A stretch of DNA of 64,000 nucleotides, taken from positions 3,095 to 67,094 of the forward strand of contig JBEKVS010000004.1 in NCBI GenBank assembly GCA_049513795.1, given 5' to 3'. Under the pieces are notes generated by a model. The model did not search any database, was not told the origin of the DNA, and was given only the letters and a program-made list of their open reading frames with translations. Positions 31,245-41,141 of the stretch are shown one piece after another. The stretch is from Terracidiphilus sp. GTDB taxonomy: Bacteria > Acidobacteriota > Terriglobia > Terriglobales > Acidobacteriaceae. Within the stretch, counting starts at the first letter, position 1, and every line of letters starts with the position of its first letter. The translations under genes were made by a program, and so were the position numbers.

Positions 31245-32369
31245 ATGATTGTGCGCCCCAGGGTGCTTCTGCTCATACCGCATTTTGGCGGGGGCGGAGC
31301 CGAAGCGGTGTTTGCTCTGCTGGCGCGAGGGCTCTCTTGCGACAAGTACGAGATGCACATCGGCCTGGTGACGCAGACAAATCTCCCTGCAGGGTGCTCT
31401 CTTCAAGGTGTAGCCGTGCATGTCCTCGGTGCAGGCCGCATTCGCTGCGCGGCCTTTCGGGTGGCGGCGCTGGTTCGGCGGGTGAGACCGCATCTGATTC
31501 TGTCGGGAATGTTTCATCTCAACTTTCTCGTGTTGCTGCTGCGCCCCTTTTTCCCCCGTCCGGTGCGAATTCTCGTCCGCCAAAATGGCACGGTCTCTTC
31601 AGCGCTCGAAAATCAGCCTGCGTACACACGCATACTTTACCGAATTCTCTATCGCCGCGCAGATAAAGTCGTTTGCCAATCGAGGGCGATGGCAGATGAC
31701 CTTGCGCGCGAGCTTGGACTCGAAGAGAGCCGGCTGGCGGTGTTGCCCAACCCAATCGATGTGGACGCGATCCGATTGGCCGCGAGGCAAAGCACGTATT
31801 CGTGGAGCGGCTCTGGTCCTCATCTTGTAGCCGTGGGAAGGCTTTCCAAAGAAAAAGGATTCGACTTACTCCTAGAGTCCCTCCAGGCGGTGCGAGAGTT
31901 CTTTCCTGGCGTCGACCTGGTGATCGCTGGGGCGGGATCAGAAGAAGTTGCTTTGAAATCCAGATGCAGTGAACTGGGGCTGGATGCGGCGGTTCGTTTC
32001 GCAGGCAATGTTGACCAACCGGCGGTCTTGTTTCAGGGCGCATCAGCGTTCGTACTTTCTTCTCGGCATGAAGGCATGCCGAACGCTCTGCTTGAAGCTG
32101 CTGCCGCTGGGTTGCCGATTGTGGCGACGGCGGCCTCCCGGGGTATTGTAGATCTGCTGCGCGATCGGCCGGGAACCTGGCTGGCCGCGGAGATCACTTC
32201 TGCCGCGCTAGCCGATAGTATCCGGCACGCATTGGAATGCTCGCGTCCTCAAGAACGATTCACGCACTCCTTTATCGAACCATTCCGGCTTGAGCGTGCT
32301 ATCCGCGGCTACGAGGAACTGATTCATACCGCGCTCGATGACGAAGAAATGTTACGGGCAAAGCGGTGA
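31245..32369 (+). CDS. GT4 glycosyltransferase
   Basis: GGGGAE, VGRLSKEKG, SSRHEGMPNALLEA. Confidence 0.9.
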   Translation: MIVRPRVLLLIPHFGGGGAEAVFALLARGLSCDKYEMHIGLVTQTNLPAGCSLQGVAVHVLGAGRIRCAAFRVAALVRRVRPHLILSGMFHLNFLVLLLRPFFPRPVRILVRQNGTVSSALENQPAYTRILYRILYRRADKVVCQSRAMADDLARELGLEESRLAVLPNPIDVDAIRLAARQSTYSWSGSGPHLVAVGRLSKEKGFDLLLESLQAVREFFPGVDLVIAGAGSEEVALKSRCSELGLDAAVRFAGNVDQPAVLFQGASAFVLSSRHEGMPNALLEAAAAGLPIVATAASRGIVDLLRDRPGTWLAAEITSAALADSIRHALECSRPQERFTHSFIEPFRLERAIRGYEELIHTALDDEEMLRAKR

Positions 32370-33457
32370 AGCATATTGCTTTCATCATTCCCGGCCTCGA
32401 TCGCATCGGTGGCGCTGAGCAGCAGATGCTTCTTCTTGCTCATGGGCTGCGCCGCCATCGGTGGCGCGTGAGCGTTGTGGCACTCTCTGGTTTCGGTGGC
32501 TCGGCAGGCGTGGAGCTGGCCGCAGACGGAATCGCCTTCATGACGCTCAAGATGCGCAAGGGGCTGGCGGACCCGCGTGGCTGGTTCAAGTTTCACGGTT
32601 GGCTATGCAGTGAGCAACCCGCGATCGTCCATGCTCATCTGCCGCACGCCGTGTGGCTTGCCAGATGGTCTCGGCTTGTTGCGCCGATGCAGGTGCTTGT
32701 GGATACTCTGCATACCTCGTCGACTGGGTCGCTCGGGCGGCAAACGCATTTTGCCGCCTCCATGGTGGGGATGAAAGATCTGCGTGTACTTCCCAACGGC
32801 GTGGACGTCGATCTTTGGGCGCCAAATGCGGCGGTTCGAGCCGATGTCCGCAAGGAGAATCACCTGGAAGATGAGTTCCTCTGGTTCGCTGCCGGCAGGC
32901 TGGAGCCGGTCAAGGATTATCCGACGCTGCTGCGAGCGATGGCGGATTTACCCGAAAGAGCGCGTCTTGTCATTGCTGGAGGCGGGCGGCTGGAGAGCGA
33001 GCTGGGCCGCATGCGTAACGATCTCGGCCTGGAATCGCGTGTACGCTTTCTCGGCTTCACGGCGGATGTTCGCGCCTGGATGCAAGCCGCGGACGGGTTC
33101 GTCCTATCGTCTCGCCTGGAGGGATTGCCGATGAGCTTGCTTGAGGCTGGCGCGTGCGCGTTGCCCGTTGCGGCCACGGACGTACCCGGCACGCGCGACG
33201 TGATCCTTGATGGTCAGAATGGACTGCTCGCCGAAGCCGGAAGCGCAAGGGCCTTGGGACAGGCCATGATGAGACTGATGGAGTCGCCTTTGGAAGAGCG
33301 CTCGGCCATGGGGGAACGGGCTCGTCAGCATGTCCTCGATCACTTCAGTCTCGATGCCGTTCTAAATCAATGGGAAACTCTCTATGACGACTTGCTGGCG
33401 CTGAACCCACGGTCACGCCGCTGGAGGGCCCGAAGGGCGTGCGCCATCCCCGGCTAG
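32366..33457 (+). CDS. GT4 glycosyltransferase, probably with an in-frame internal deletion near 32742
   Basis: IGGAEQQ, AGRLEPVKDY, EGLPMSLLEA. The usual beta-strand/helix 'xVxAVSxxV' between LHT...LGRQ and THF...VLPNGVD is absent. Confidence 0.85.
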   Translation: MKHIAFIIPGLDRIGGAEQQMLLLAHGLRRHRWRVSVVALSGFGGSAGVELAADGIAFMTLKMRKGLADPRGWFKFHGWLCSEQPAIVHAHLPHAVWLARWSRLVAPMQVLVDTLHTSSTGSLGRQTHFAASMVGMKDLRVLPNGVDVDLWAPNAAVRADVRKENHLEDEFLWFAAGRLEPVKDYPTLLRAMADLPERARLVIAGGGRLESELGRMRNDLGLESRVRFLGFTADVRAWMQAADGFVLSSRLEGLPMSLLEAGACALPVAATDVPGTRDVILDGQNGLLAEAGSARALGQAMMRLMESPLEERSAMGERARQHVLDHFSLDAVLNQWETLYDDLLALNPRSRRWRARRACAIPG

Positions 33458-33524
33458 GCGCAAGAACACGCCGAACCTTGGGCCCCCGGGGTGGTGCATG
33501 AACAGAATCCAGGGAGCAGTCCGT

Positions 33525-34295
33525 TCATTTGCCGAATCTGGCGCGGAGTCTCTTTCTTGCTCGGCCTGCTTTGACTCTCCAGAGCGCGCAGGCTTCGTAG
33601 ACACATTCGGCTGCGCCGAGCCGCGTGGGTCTGAACTCTCGCAGCACCCGCTCCACCGAGGTGAATTGCGCCGCATGCTGGAGCAGAAAGGCGCGCATCT
33701 CGTCCACCTGCGAGCCTTGCGAACTGTTCGGATGCACACAGATGGTCCACAGGCCTTTCGACTTTTCAACCGGGGCCCAGAGTTGCTGCGGAATCCAGGT
33801 CATTCCGCCGCGGAGAAAAGGCACGCGTGCCAAGCCGTCGGAGAGTACGCCAATCCCCTGGTCGCGCAAGGCCTGAAGTGTCTGTTGGTCGAATCCGTGG
33901 CGGGGCGCAACCCAGATGCGCGGGTCGAGGCCGTGGCCGCGCAGGATTTGCAAGCCTGCGGAGATCCACTGCATCTGCAACTCCGCGGGCACACCGGCAA
34001 ATTCCGAAACAGAATAAAGCGGAACAAGGCTTTTCCCCGTGCTGAGGCACAGGTGACGGTAGCCGTGCAGCGCGATGGTTGCACCGGCCGTTTCGAGGGC
34101 GCGCATACGAGCCCAGAACTCTGGATCCGGTACCGAACATTGGAGCTCATGGTCACGGTTGTCGGGAATGACCGCCAGGATGGGGCGGATTCCAAACTCA
34201 CGAACAAGCTCAAAGTACGGTTCCCACCGGCTGGCCGCGATGGTGGGGCAAAGATCGTCGAACCGTAGCAGGTATTGCGCAGGCCTGGGAATCAA
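33525..34295 (-). CDS. DUF2334 / CE4-like polysaccharide deacetylase
   Basis: YLLRFDDLCP, IALHGYRH, SEFAG, WVAPRHGFD; TTG start overlaps the flippase stop. Confidence 0.8.
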   Translation of the reverse strand: MIPRPAQYLLRFDDLCPTIAASRWEPYFELVREFGIRPILAVIPDNRDHELQCSVPDPEFWARMRALETAGATIALHGYRHLCLSTGKSLVPLYSVSEFAGVPAELQMQWISAGLQILRGHGLDPRIWVAPRHGFDQQTLQALRDQGIGVLSDGLARVPFLRGGMTWIPQQLWAPVEKSKGLWTICVHPNSSQGSQVDEMRAFLLQHAAQFTSVERVLREFRPTRLGAAECVYEACALWRVKAGRARKRLRARFGK

Positions 34296-35704
34296 GTCCT
34301 CCCCTCCCTGAATTGGCTTTCGCCTGGGACGTTGCAATCGTCCGGGTCACGCGTGTCCGGTTCATTGTGTAGCAGTCTCCTCGTCCAATACCCCAGGAAG
34401 ATGAAGGTGCCTATGGTCCAAAGAGAGGTGGCCAGCGCAATGCCGGCAACGCCCATCCAGCGCATGAGCAGCAAATTCAAGACGAGGTCCAGAATCAGAT
34501 TGAGGATTCCGCAATAGAGCGCCAGGTCGCTGCGCCGCATGGCGATGATGAAGCGATAGAACACGCGGCTGACGACCACGAAAGGGACCTGAATGGCATA
34601 CATGGCCATCACCGGGGCCACTGCCGAGGTGTCGCGCGAAGCAAAGGCCCCGTGCTGGAATGCAATGCGAACGATGAGACGCGACGCAACGATCATCACC
34701 GCGGCAAGGGGGACGGAGGCCAACGCCGTGAATCGCACCCAGGAGCGCACGGCGTGCCGGCAGCCGGTCCAATCGCGCCGCGCGATCATGCGCGAGAAAT
34801 ATGGCGTCACAGCTGTGGACACAGCACCAGCCAACAGAGCAATGACTACGCTCACAAACCGGCTGCCGTAGACCAGGGTGGAAACACTTCCCGCAGGCAA
34901 CAGAGCCGCCATCGACTGATCGACGAGCAAGCCACCGGACGCAACGACAGCGCTGAGCATTACGGGGCCGAACTGGTGCGCCACTTCGCGCGCCGCGTCG
35001 GTCATCCCGAACCAGCGCAGCCGGAAACGGTAGCCACGGAAGTTCATCATCATCGCGACCACAATTGCATGCAGCAGAGAGCCTGCCAGGGTGGCGTAGA
35101 CCAGAGCCCAGATTCCGAGGCGCGCGCCGAGGGTTAGAGCTGTGACCAAAATCGCAAGCGGAATTACCATCGGCGCCAGAGCGGGCAGCGCAAAGCGGTC
35201 GAAGGTATTCAAGACTGCGGTGCAATTGGTGGCGATGCCGGTGATCAGAACCACGGGCAGGAGCCCGTAAAAGATGCGAATGGAAAGGTCCAGCTTGGCA
35301 GGAGGAAAGTGTGCGGCGATGAGAGGAAAGAAGCCGCGTGCGGCCACACCCATGGCCAACGTGGCCGCCACAAGAAAGATGCACATGGCCAACATGGAGC
35401 TGGAGAGAAGCTGCTCGGCGCGGTCATGGCCTTCATGTTGTTCTACCCGAATCAACGTGGGCACGAGCGCCTGGTTCATGGATTCGGAGATCAGGTTGAC
35501 CAGCAGGCCGGGAAGAAGCGCGGCGGCAAGAAATGCGTCCATTGCATCGGATCGGCCATAGACGCCGGCTACGGCGATCTCCTTCGCAGTGGCCGCCAGC
35601 TTGACTACGATTCCGATCGAGCCCGCGGAAAGCGCGGCACGAAGAATCTGGCGGTTTACGCTTGTGCCTCCTAAAACGCGGCCTAATATCGCTGTCGAAT
35701 GCAT
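34292..35704 (-). CDS. MurJ/MviN-like MOP-family lipid-linked oligosaccharide flippase
   Basis: KEIAVAGVYGRSDAMDAFLAA, LVDQSMAALLPAGSVSTLVYG, GVAGIALATSL; multi-TM. Confidence 0.85.
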   Translation of the reverse strand: MHSTAILGRVLGGTSVNRQILRAALSAGSIGIVVKLAATAKEIAVAGVYGRSDAMDAFLAAALLPGLLVNLISESMNQALVPTLIRVEQHEGHDRAEQLLSSSMLAMCIFLVAATLAMGVAARGFFPLIAAHFPPAKLDLSIRIFYGLLPVVLITGIATNCTAVLNTFDRFALPALAPMVIPLAILVTALTLGARLGIWALVYATLAGSLLHAIVVAMMMNFRGYRFRLRWFGMTDAAREVAHQFGPVMLSAVVASGGLLVDQSMAALLPAGSVSTLVYGSRFVSVVIALLAGAVSTAVTPYFSRMIARRDWTGCRHAVRSWVRFTALASVPLAAVMIVASRLIVRIAFQHGAFASRDTSAVAPVMAMYAIQVPFVVVSRVFYRFIIAMRRSDLALYCGILNLILDLVLNLLLMRWMGVAGIALATSLWTIGTFIFLGYWTRRLLHNEPDTRDPDDCNVPGESQFREGRT

Positions 35705-35711
35705 GCCGGCC

Positions 35712-36944
35712 TTAATCCGCTCCACTGCTTGACAGTCTCGGAAGCGCGGCAATCCGATCGGCTGGAATTGCAGCAGTGAAGTATTCGGTGAGCTGCGCAG
35801 GTTGTTCGATGGCCAGCCGGTCGGCGAGCGCAATCATGGCCAGAAGCAGCCAGGTGGCGCGACTCTCTTCCAGCGTACTGACGAGCGAAGCGATGCCCCA
35901 AACCATCAATGCCGTCGCCAGGGCAGTTTTGAGCTGGCCGGGCGCAACAAGTATCGAGTGCAGGGCAAAGACTACAATCGCCGACACCAGAAAAAGGCCG
36001 ATGAGCCCGCTGCCGACCAAAATTGAGAGGGTGGTGTTGTGCGCCGTGTCTATGGGATTCATTCCCGATGCGGCTACAAACGAGCCCACACCTGTTCCCA
36101 GCAGAGGCGAATGGGAAAACGCCAGCCAGCCCGCATGCCAGATGTTCAGGCGCTGATTCAGATCGCCGCCTTGCAACTGTTCGGGAATGGTGGCCAGCCG
36201 TTCGAGTGTCTCTCTGGGCACGACGAACCAAAGAGCCGCGGACAGCGCCGGAAGCACAAGAGCGCAGGTGAAAACGGCTCTGCGGTGGCTTTTCATCAAG
36301 AGCAGCCCGCAACCGGCGAAGGCCGCTAATGCTCCCACAAACCCTCCGCGCGATGCGGTTAGCACCACGGCCAGAAACCCCAGTGGAAGATACCCGAGCG
36401 CGAGCAGGCGGGCTGGCCATCCTCGCTCACAATTGGCCAGAAGCGCAGCCAGAGGGAAGCACAGGTCGAGGAAGCGGGCTACGTCGTTGGGATCCTGGCC
36501 CTCGGAGAAAAATCGGACCTGGCCGGCAGCAATTACCTCAGCCGACCGGAAGTTGGCCAGCGTCAGCGCTGCCAGCACCCAGGAGCCGGCAATAAAGGCC
36601 CGCAGCAAGGCTCGCAAATCGCGCGGGCTTTCGGCGAACTCCCACACCAGCCAAACAACCATCATCTCCTGCGCATATCCGCGCAGTTTTTCGAGCGTGG
36701 CCAATGGCTCGATGGTCCAAAGGAATGTGCAGCAGAACCACAGGAACAGCGCCAGCACCAGCCACTGCATGGGTCCGGAGATGCGTACATGCCCAGCCTG
36801 CAGAACAGCCGGCATCGCGGCCAGGAGCATCAACAGTCCAATCACGCGGGCAACGTTGCCCAGCCATCCGCCCAGGTCAAGGGAATACTCCCAAGGGATC
36901 GCAAAGGCGAACGCCAGCAACAGGCCCCAGGTGATCTTTCTCAC
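35712..36944 (-). CDS. Wzy polymerase / O-antigen ligase family protein
   Basis: DPNDVA, LTASRGG, RLNIW, PLLGTGVGSF, AHNTTLSIL; about ten TM segments. Confidence 0.85.
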   Translation of the reverse strand: MRKITWGLLLAFAFAIPWEYSLDLGGWLGNVARVIGLLMLLAAMPAVLQAGHVRISGPMQWLVLALFLWFCCTFLWTIEPLATLEKLRGYAQEMMVVWLVWEFAESPRDLRALLRAFIAGSWVLAALTLANFRSAEVIAAGQVRFFSEGQDPNDVARFLDLCFPLAALLANCERGWPARLLALGYLPLGFLAVVLTASRGGFVGALAAFAGCGLLLMKSHRRAVFTCALVLPALSAALWFVVPRETLERLATIPEQLQGGDLNQRLNIWHAGWLAFSHSPLLGTGVGSFVAASGMNPIDTAHNTTLSILVGSGLIGLFLVSAIVVFALHSILVAPGQLKTALATALMVWGIASLVSTLEESRATWLLLAMIALADRLAIEQPAQLTEYFTAAIPADRIAALPRLSSSGAD

Positions 36945-36947
36945 GGT

Positions 36948-39440
36948 CTAAAACCTCTGCGAATAAACGAGTCCGGCGTAAATGGTGACGCCAATTGCCG
37001 ATTGAATTGCCGCTTCCATGGTCCGGTTCCACATGTTTTTGGCAACGGAATCGGGAACGAAAAGGATGTCGCGGTCGAAGATGGGCTGGTCCGGGTCCTG
37101 ACCGTGGATCATGCGGCGCAGGTTCAGGGTGATCAAGGTGCGCCCGCCCTTCTGCTCGCGAATGAGCAGCGCTTTGGTAGCCCCCGCATTCTGCGTCGGC
37201 CCCCAGGCCAGGCTCAGGGCCTGCACGACTGTGAGGCCCTGCGCCGGGTCCACGGGAAATCCGCCCGGTCGCACCACATCGCCAATCACATAGACAAGGC
37301 CGGCGCGGCTTACCTGCACGGTGTCTCCGGGGCTCAGTTCAGGATTGTGATCGGTGCTTTGATCGGTACCGCCGGGATCGAGCACAACGGCGTGCGGCGT
37401 CTTGAGGTCGGCGCGATGGAAGACATTCACCAGCCTGCCGGCATTCTGCGAGAGCCCTGCGGCGGCGGAGATCAGGTCAAGCAGCCGGTGATGCAAGGTG
37501 TAGGCATAAACGCCGGGCCGCGCAACCTCACCGAGCACACTGACATCCTGGCCGGCGTACATCGTGACCAAGACCGACACCTGCGGATGCAGAAGCATGC
37601 CCTTGTCTTTGAGTGCCGTTTCGATGGCGTGCGACGCGGCCTGCTCGTCCATGCCGCCAATCTGCACCTCGTCGATAAGCGGCAGGCGCACGGTACCTGA
37701 TTCGGAGACGCGTACGAAGGAGTGAAACTCCGGGGTGTGAAATTCGGAGACGTCGAGCGAATCCCCGGGGCCGATGGGGGCCGGCATCGGAGCGGCTTGC
37801 GGCCCGGCTTGCTGTGGCTCTCCAATCTGTCCAGGAGCTGGCCCATTCCAGATTGAAGGCGACGCCTTGGGGTTGGGTGTCGTCTTCGTGTCCTGCGTAA
37901 ACGGCAACCGCGCCACGCCTGTGGGCAACCCATCAAGATTGGGAGTTGGGGCTTGCGCGTGACCGGTCGTCATGATGCATAGTGCAGCGAGCAACACAGC
38001 AGCCGCGCGAGGCACAGATGGATGCATGGATTCAATCCAGAGCGCGACGCCCATCGCCAGCCAGATGCCGGCGAAGAAGGCAATCGCCATATAGAGCGGC
38101 AGATTGGGCGACGCGGGCTTCATAGGCTGCCGGGCGTAGTCCACGATTGCGATGTTCGAGCTAAGAACGCCGGCAGCCAGCCCTGCTTCTTCCACCTTGC
38201 CTTGCACTCTCATATAAAGGTTGTGGCTGGAGTTGGCCTCCTGGCGCATCACCTCGTACTCGGTGGCGGCTTCGTTCAGCTTCATGCCCTCGCCGGTGCG
38301 TTCTTCGAGGCTCTTCTTTACCATTGCTTCGCGATCTTTGGCTGTCTCGAGTGCGCTCTGGAAGCGCTCCACGGCCTTCGCATCTTCAGCCTGCTTCTGC
38401 GCACTGAGGTCTTCCAACTGGCGGCGAATCTCCACCACGCGCGGGAAGTTGGGGCCGTGCTCGGTGCTCAACTGCGCCTGCTCCGACTCGAGCGCGCTGC
38501 GACGGGTGCGAATCTCTTGCAGAAGAGCCGTTGCAAAGCTGCCGTACTCCGCTTGCAGGCGCGGATCGGAGGCGATCACAACCTCAGGATCGCTTTCGGT
38601 TGCAGATCGAAACTCGGCTTCGCGCAGAATGCGATCAGTGGTGGCGGCCACCAGTTGGCGGCCCAGCTCGTCGATCTCGAGCAGTGTCGCGTTGTGCTGC
38701 GACTCGCCCGATTGCCCGTCCGCCTGCATCTCCGGCGTGCTCACCAGGCCATGCCGGGTTTGGAAATCCGACAGCCGCTGCTGATCTCTGTCCACGGTTG
38801 TCTTGAGATCTCTCAATTGACTCGCCAGCCAGCCTGACTGCTGCGCGGTCGCCTGCATGTGGGTTTCGCTCTCCTGCTGTTCGTAAAGGCGTATGAGGTC
38901 GTTGACGATCGCCGCCGATAGCGACCCATCCCGGGAGCGGAACCGTATCTGGATGACGAGCGATCGCGGCAGAGTCTCCACGAGCAACCGGCTCTGAAAC
39001 CTGGCCAGCAGGAAGTCCTGCGCCTCGAGCGACGGCGATCGTGGATCGAAGCCGGGAAACAGAGCCTGGAAATGCCCGTTGAATCCCTTTGCCAGATAGA
39101 GCTTCAGGTCGGCAATCACGTTCCACGCGAGCTGGTCGCTGCGCAGAAAACTGGCCAGCGTTTCCTGCTGCAAGGGCGCGGAGAGAATCGACGCGGCTGC
39201 CATGGGTCCAACGGCTTCAATGCTCAAGGCCGATGCCGGCGCGGTACGCAGTGCAATTTTAGCGGTCGCATCGTATTGCTTAGGGGCGGTGAGACAGTAA
39301 ATGAGACAGAGGAGAAGCAAGCCACTTTCAAGTGAAAGTACAAGCCTGCGCCTTCTCCACACTACGACGCAAAGCTCGCGCAGGGATGCGGAAGAGCTGT
39401 CGCGCGCAGCGACGCGAAGATCGTCGGGGATGGCCGGCAT
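36948..39440 (-). CDS. Fused polysaccharide co-polymerase (GumC/Wzc-like, no kinase domain) and OPX export protein (Poly_export + SLBB)
   Basis: N-terminal TM plus PKQYDATA, coiled coil, GPNFPRVV, IVDYARQPMKPASPN plus TM. Then IGPGDSLDV, RVSESGTVRLPLID, VSVLGEVARPGVY, VYVIGDVVRPGGF and DRDILFVP, all in one open frame. Confidence 0.88.
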   Translation of the reverse strand: MPAIPDDLRVAARDSSSASLRELCVVVWRRRRLVLSLESGLLLLCLIYCLTAPKQYDATAKIALRTAPASALSIEAVGPMAAASILSAPLQQETLASFLRSDQLAWNVIADLKLYLAKGFNGHFQALFPGFDPRSPSLEAQDFLLARFQSRLLVETLPRSLVIQIRFRSRDGSLSAAIVNDLIRLYEQQESETHMQATAQQSGWLASQLRDLKTTVDRDQQRLSDFQTRHGLVSTPEMQADGQSGESQHNATLLEIDELGRQLVAATTDRILREAEFRSATESDPEVVIASDPRLQAEYGSFATALLQEIRTRRSALESEQAQLSTEHGPNFPRVVEIRRQLEDLSAQKQAEDAKAVERFQSALETAKDREAMVKKSLEERTGEGMKLNEAATEYEVMRQEANSSHNLYMRVQGKVEEAGLAAGVLSSNIAIVDYARQPMKPASPNLPLYMAIAFFAGIWLAMGVALWIESMHPSVPRAAAVLLAALCIMTTGHAQAPTPNLDGLPTGVARLPFTQDTKTTPNPKASPSIWNGPAPGQIGEPQQAGPQAAPMPAPIGPGDSLDVSEFHTPEFHSFVRVSESGTVRLPLIDEVQIGGMDEQAASHAIETALKDKGMLLHPQVSVLVTMYAGQDVSVLGEVARPGVYAYTLHHRLLDLISAAAGLSQNAGRLVNVFHRADLKTPHAVVLDPGGTDQSTDHNPELSPGDTVQVSRAGLVYVIGDVVRPGGFPVDPAQGLTVVQALSLAWGPTQNAGATKALLIREQKGGRTLITLNLRRMIHGQDPDQPIFDRDILFVPDSVAKNMWNRTMEAAIQSAIGVTIYAGLVYSQRF

Positions 39441-39713
39441 ATCCGAGTGGAAGCCTCAGCGGCAAAGGTTGGTCCAAAAGTCACCCTCTTGCGCCGGGGT
39501 TCTCATTCGGATGGATCAAAGACTATCTGGAGAAATTACCCGCAAGTGTGCTCTCTCGAAAGGAATTCGTCAATAGAGCCGGTGACAGTGGAGAATTGCT
39601 TTGGAGAAAAATGGCCCTCCGACGTTCCAGCCTCCACGATCGAATGACCGGCCCTTGGTTAACAATCCAGGAATTTGATTGTGGTAGGTTAACTAGTGGA
39701 GTTCGAACAAGCC

Positions 39714-40685
39714 ATGCCGACGATTACTTCCTTTATCAAGCACCACTATCGCCATTTCAACGCCGCCGCGCTGGTTGACGCGGCCGAAGCCTACAACAAA
39801 CACATTGCCGCGGGCGGCAAAATGTTCGTCACCATCGGCGGGGCCATGAGCACGGCCGAGCTGGGTCTTTCGCTGGCGGAGATGATTCGCCAGGACAAGA
39901 TCCACGGCATCAGCTGCACCGGCGCCAATCTTGAAGAAGATGTCTTCAATCTTGTTGCTCATGACTTTTACGAACGGGTTCCGCATTATCGCGATCTGAC
40001 TCCGGCCGACGAAGCCAAACTGCTGGCGCGGCACATGAACCGCGTCACCGACACCTGCATCCCAGAGATGGAGGCCATGCGGCGCATCGAGAACGAGGTG
40101 CTCAAGGAATGGGTGCGCGCCGACCAGGCAGGCGAGCGCTTCTTCCCGCACCAGTTCATGTACAAGATTCTGCTCTCCGGTGACTTGGAAAAGTCCTATC
40201 AGATCGATCCCAAGAACAGCTGGCTGCTCGCGGCTGCCGAGAAGAACCTGCCTGTCTTCGTTCCCGGCTGGGAAGATGCGACACTGGGCAATATGTACGC
40301 AGGACACTGCATCAGTGGCGATGTGAAGAATGTGCACACGGTTCGCACCGGCATCGAGTACATGATGGAACTGGCCGAGTGGTACACCGAGACGACAGCC
40401 AAGACGCCACTGGGATTCTTCCAGATCGCGGGCGGCATCGCGGGCGACTTCCCTATTTGCGTGGTGCCTATGCTGCATCAAGATTTGCAGCGCGAGCATG
40501 TGCCGCTGTGGGCTTACTTCTGCCAAATCTCCGACTCGACCACAAGCTATGGATCCTATTCAGGAGCCGTGCCCAACGAGAAGATTACCTGGGGCAAGCT
40601 GGGAGAAGATACACCTAAATTCATCATCGAGTCCGACGCGTCGATCGTTGCGCCGCTGATCTTCGCCTATGTGCTTGGCTGGTGA
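39714..40685 (+). CDS. Deoxyhypusine synthase-like protein (probable homospermidine synthase)
   Basis: HFNAAALVDAA, GGAMSTAELG, CTGANLEED, GSYSGAVPNEKITWGK (imine-forming Lys), ESDASIVAPL. Confidence 0.88.
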   Translation: MPTITSFIKHHYRHFNAAALVDAAEAYNKHIAAGGKMFVTIGGAMSTAELGLSLAEMIRQDKIHGISCTGANLEEDVFNLVAHDFYERVPHYRDLTPADEAKLLARHMNRVTDTCIPEMEAMRRIENEVLKEWVRADQAGERFFPHQFMYKILLSGDLEKSYQIDPKNSWLLAAAEKNLPVFVPGWEDATLGNMYAGHCISGDVKNVHTVRTGIEYMMELAEWYTETTAKTPLGFFQIAGGIAGDFPICVVPMLHQDLQREHVPLWAYFCQISDSTTSYGSYSGAVPNEKITWGKLGEDTPKFIIESDASIVAPLIFAYVLGW

Positions 40686-40733
40686 TGTCTTAACAAGCAA
40701 GCCACGAACCAGCAAGCGCCTCATTGCTCCTCG

Positions 40734-41141
40734 CTAGGTCGCGGCGTTGGTCACCACCAACGTGAACTGCGTAGAGGCGGTCGCTCCGGCAGAACTCACC
40801 GTGATTGTCGGCATATAGGTGCCGATGGGCGCAGCAGGACTACCAATAAAGGTCAGATCCCCCGAAGGGTTCGTGTCCGATGGCGAATACCCCTGCTTGA
40901 TGCCGCCCGGAAGTCCTGTCACAGACACAAGCGCAGTTTCGCTGGGTGACACGATGCTGATTTGAACGACTACTTGCATCCCGTCCTGCGAAACCGAAAC
41001 CGAGGGTGCACTCAGCGAAACCGAGATGTGGGGCGGCGTGGAAGTGAACGTACCGCTTCCCCCGCATCCCGTCATCGCGCAGATAAATCCCCCAGCGATG
41101 GGGACGAGGATGGCTTGCAATGGACGTTGGAAGGAGAACAT
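40734..41141 (-). CDS. Lipoprotein with an Ig-like beta domain
   Basis: Lipobox-like MTGC followed by GGSG; Ser/Thr/Val-rich beta strands (SVTGLPGG, GTYMPTITV). Confidence 0.65.
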   Translation of the reverse strand: MFSFQRPLQAILVPIAGGFICAMTGCGGSGTFTSTPPHISVSLSAPSVSVSQDGMQVVVQISIVSPSETALVSVTGLPGGIKQGYSPSDTNPSGDLTFIGSPAAPIGTYMPTITVSSAGATASTQFTLVVTNAAT

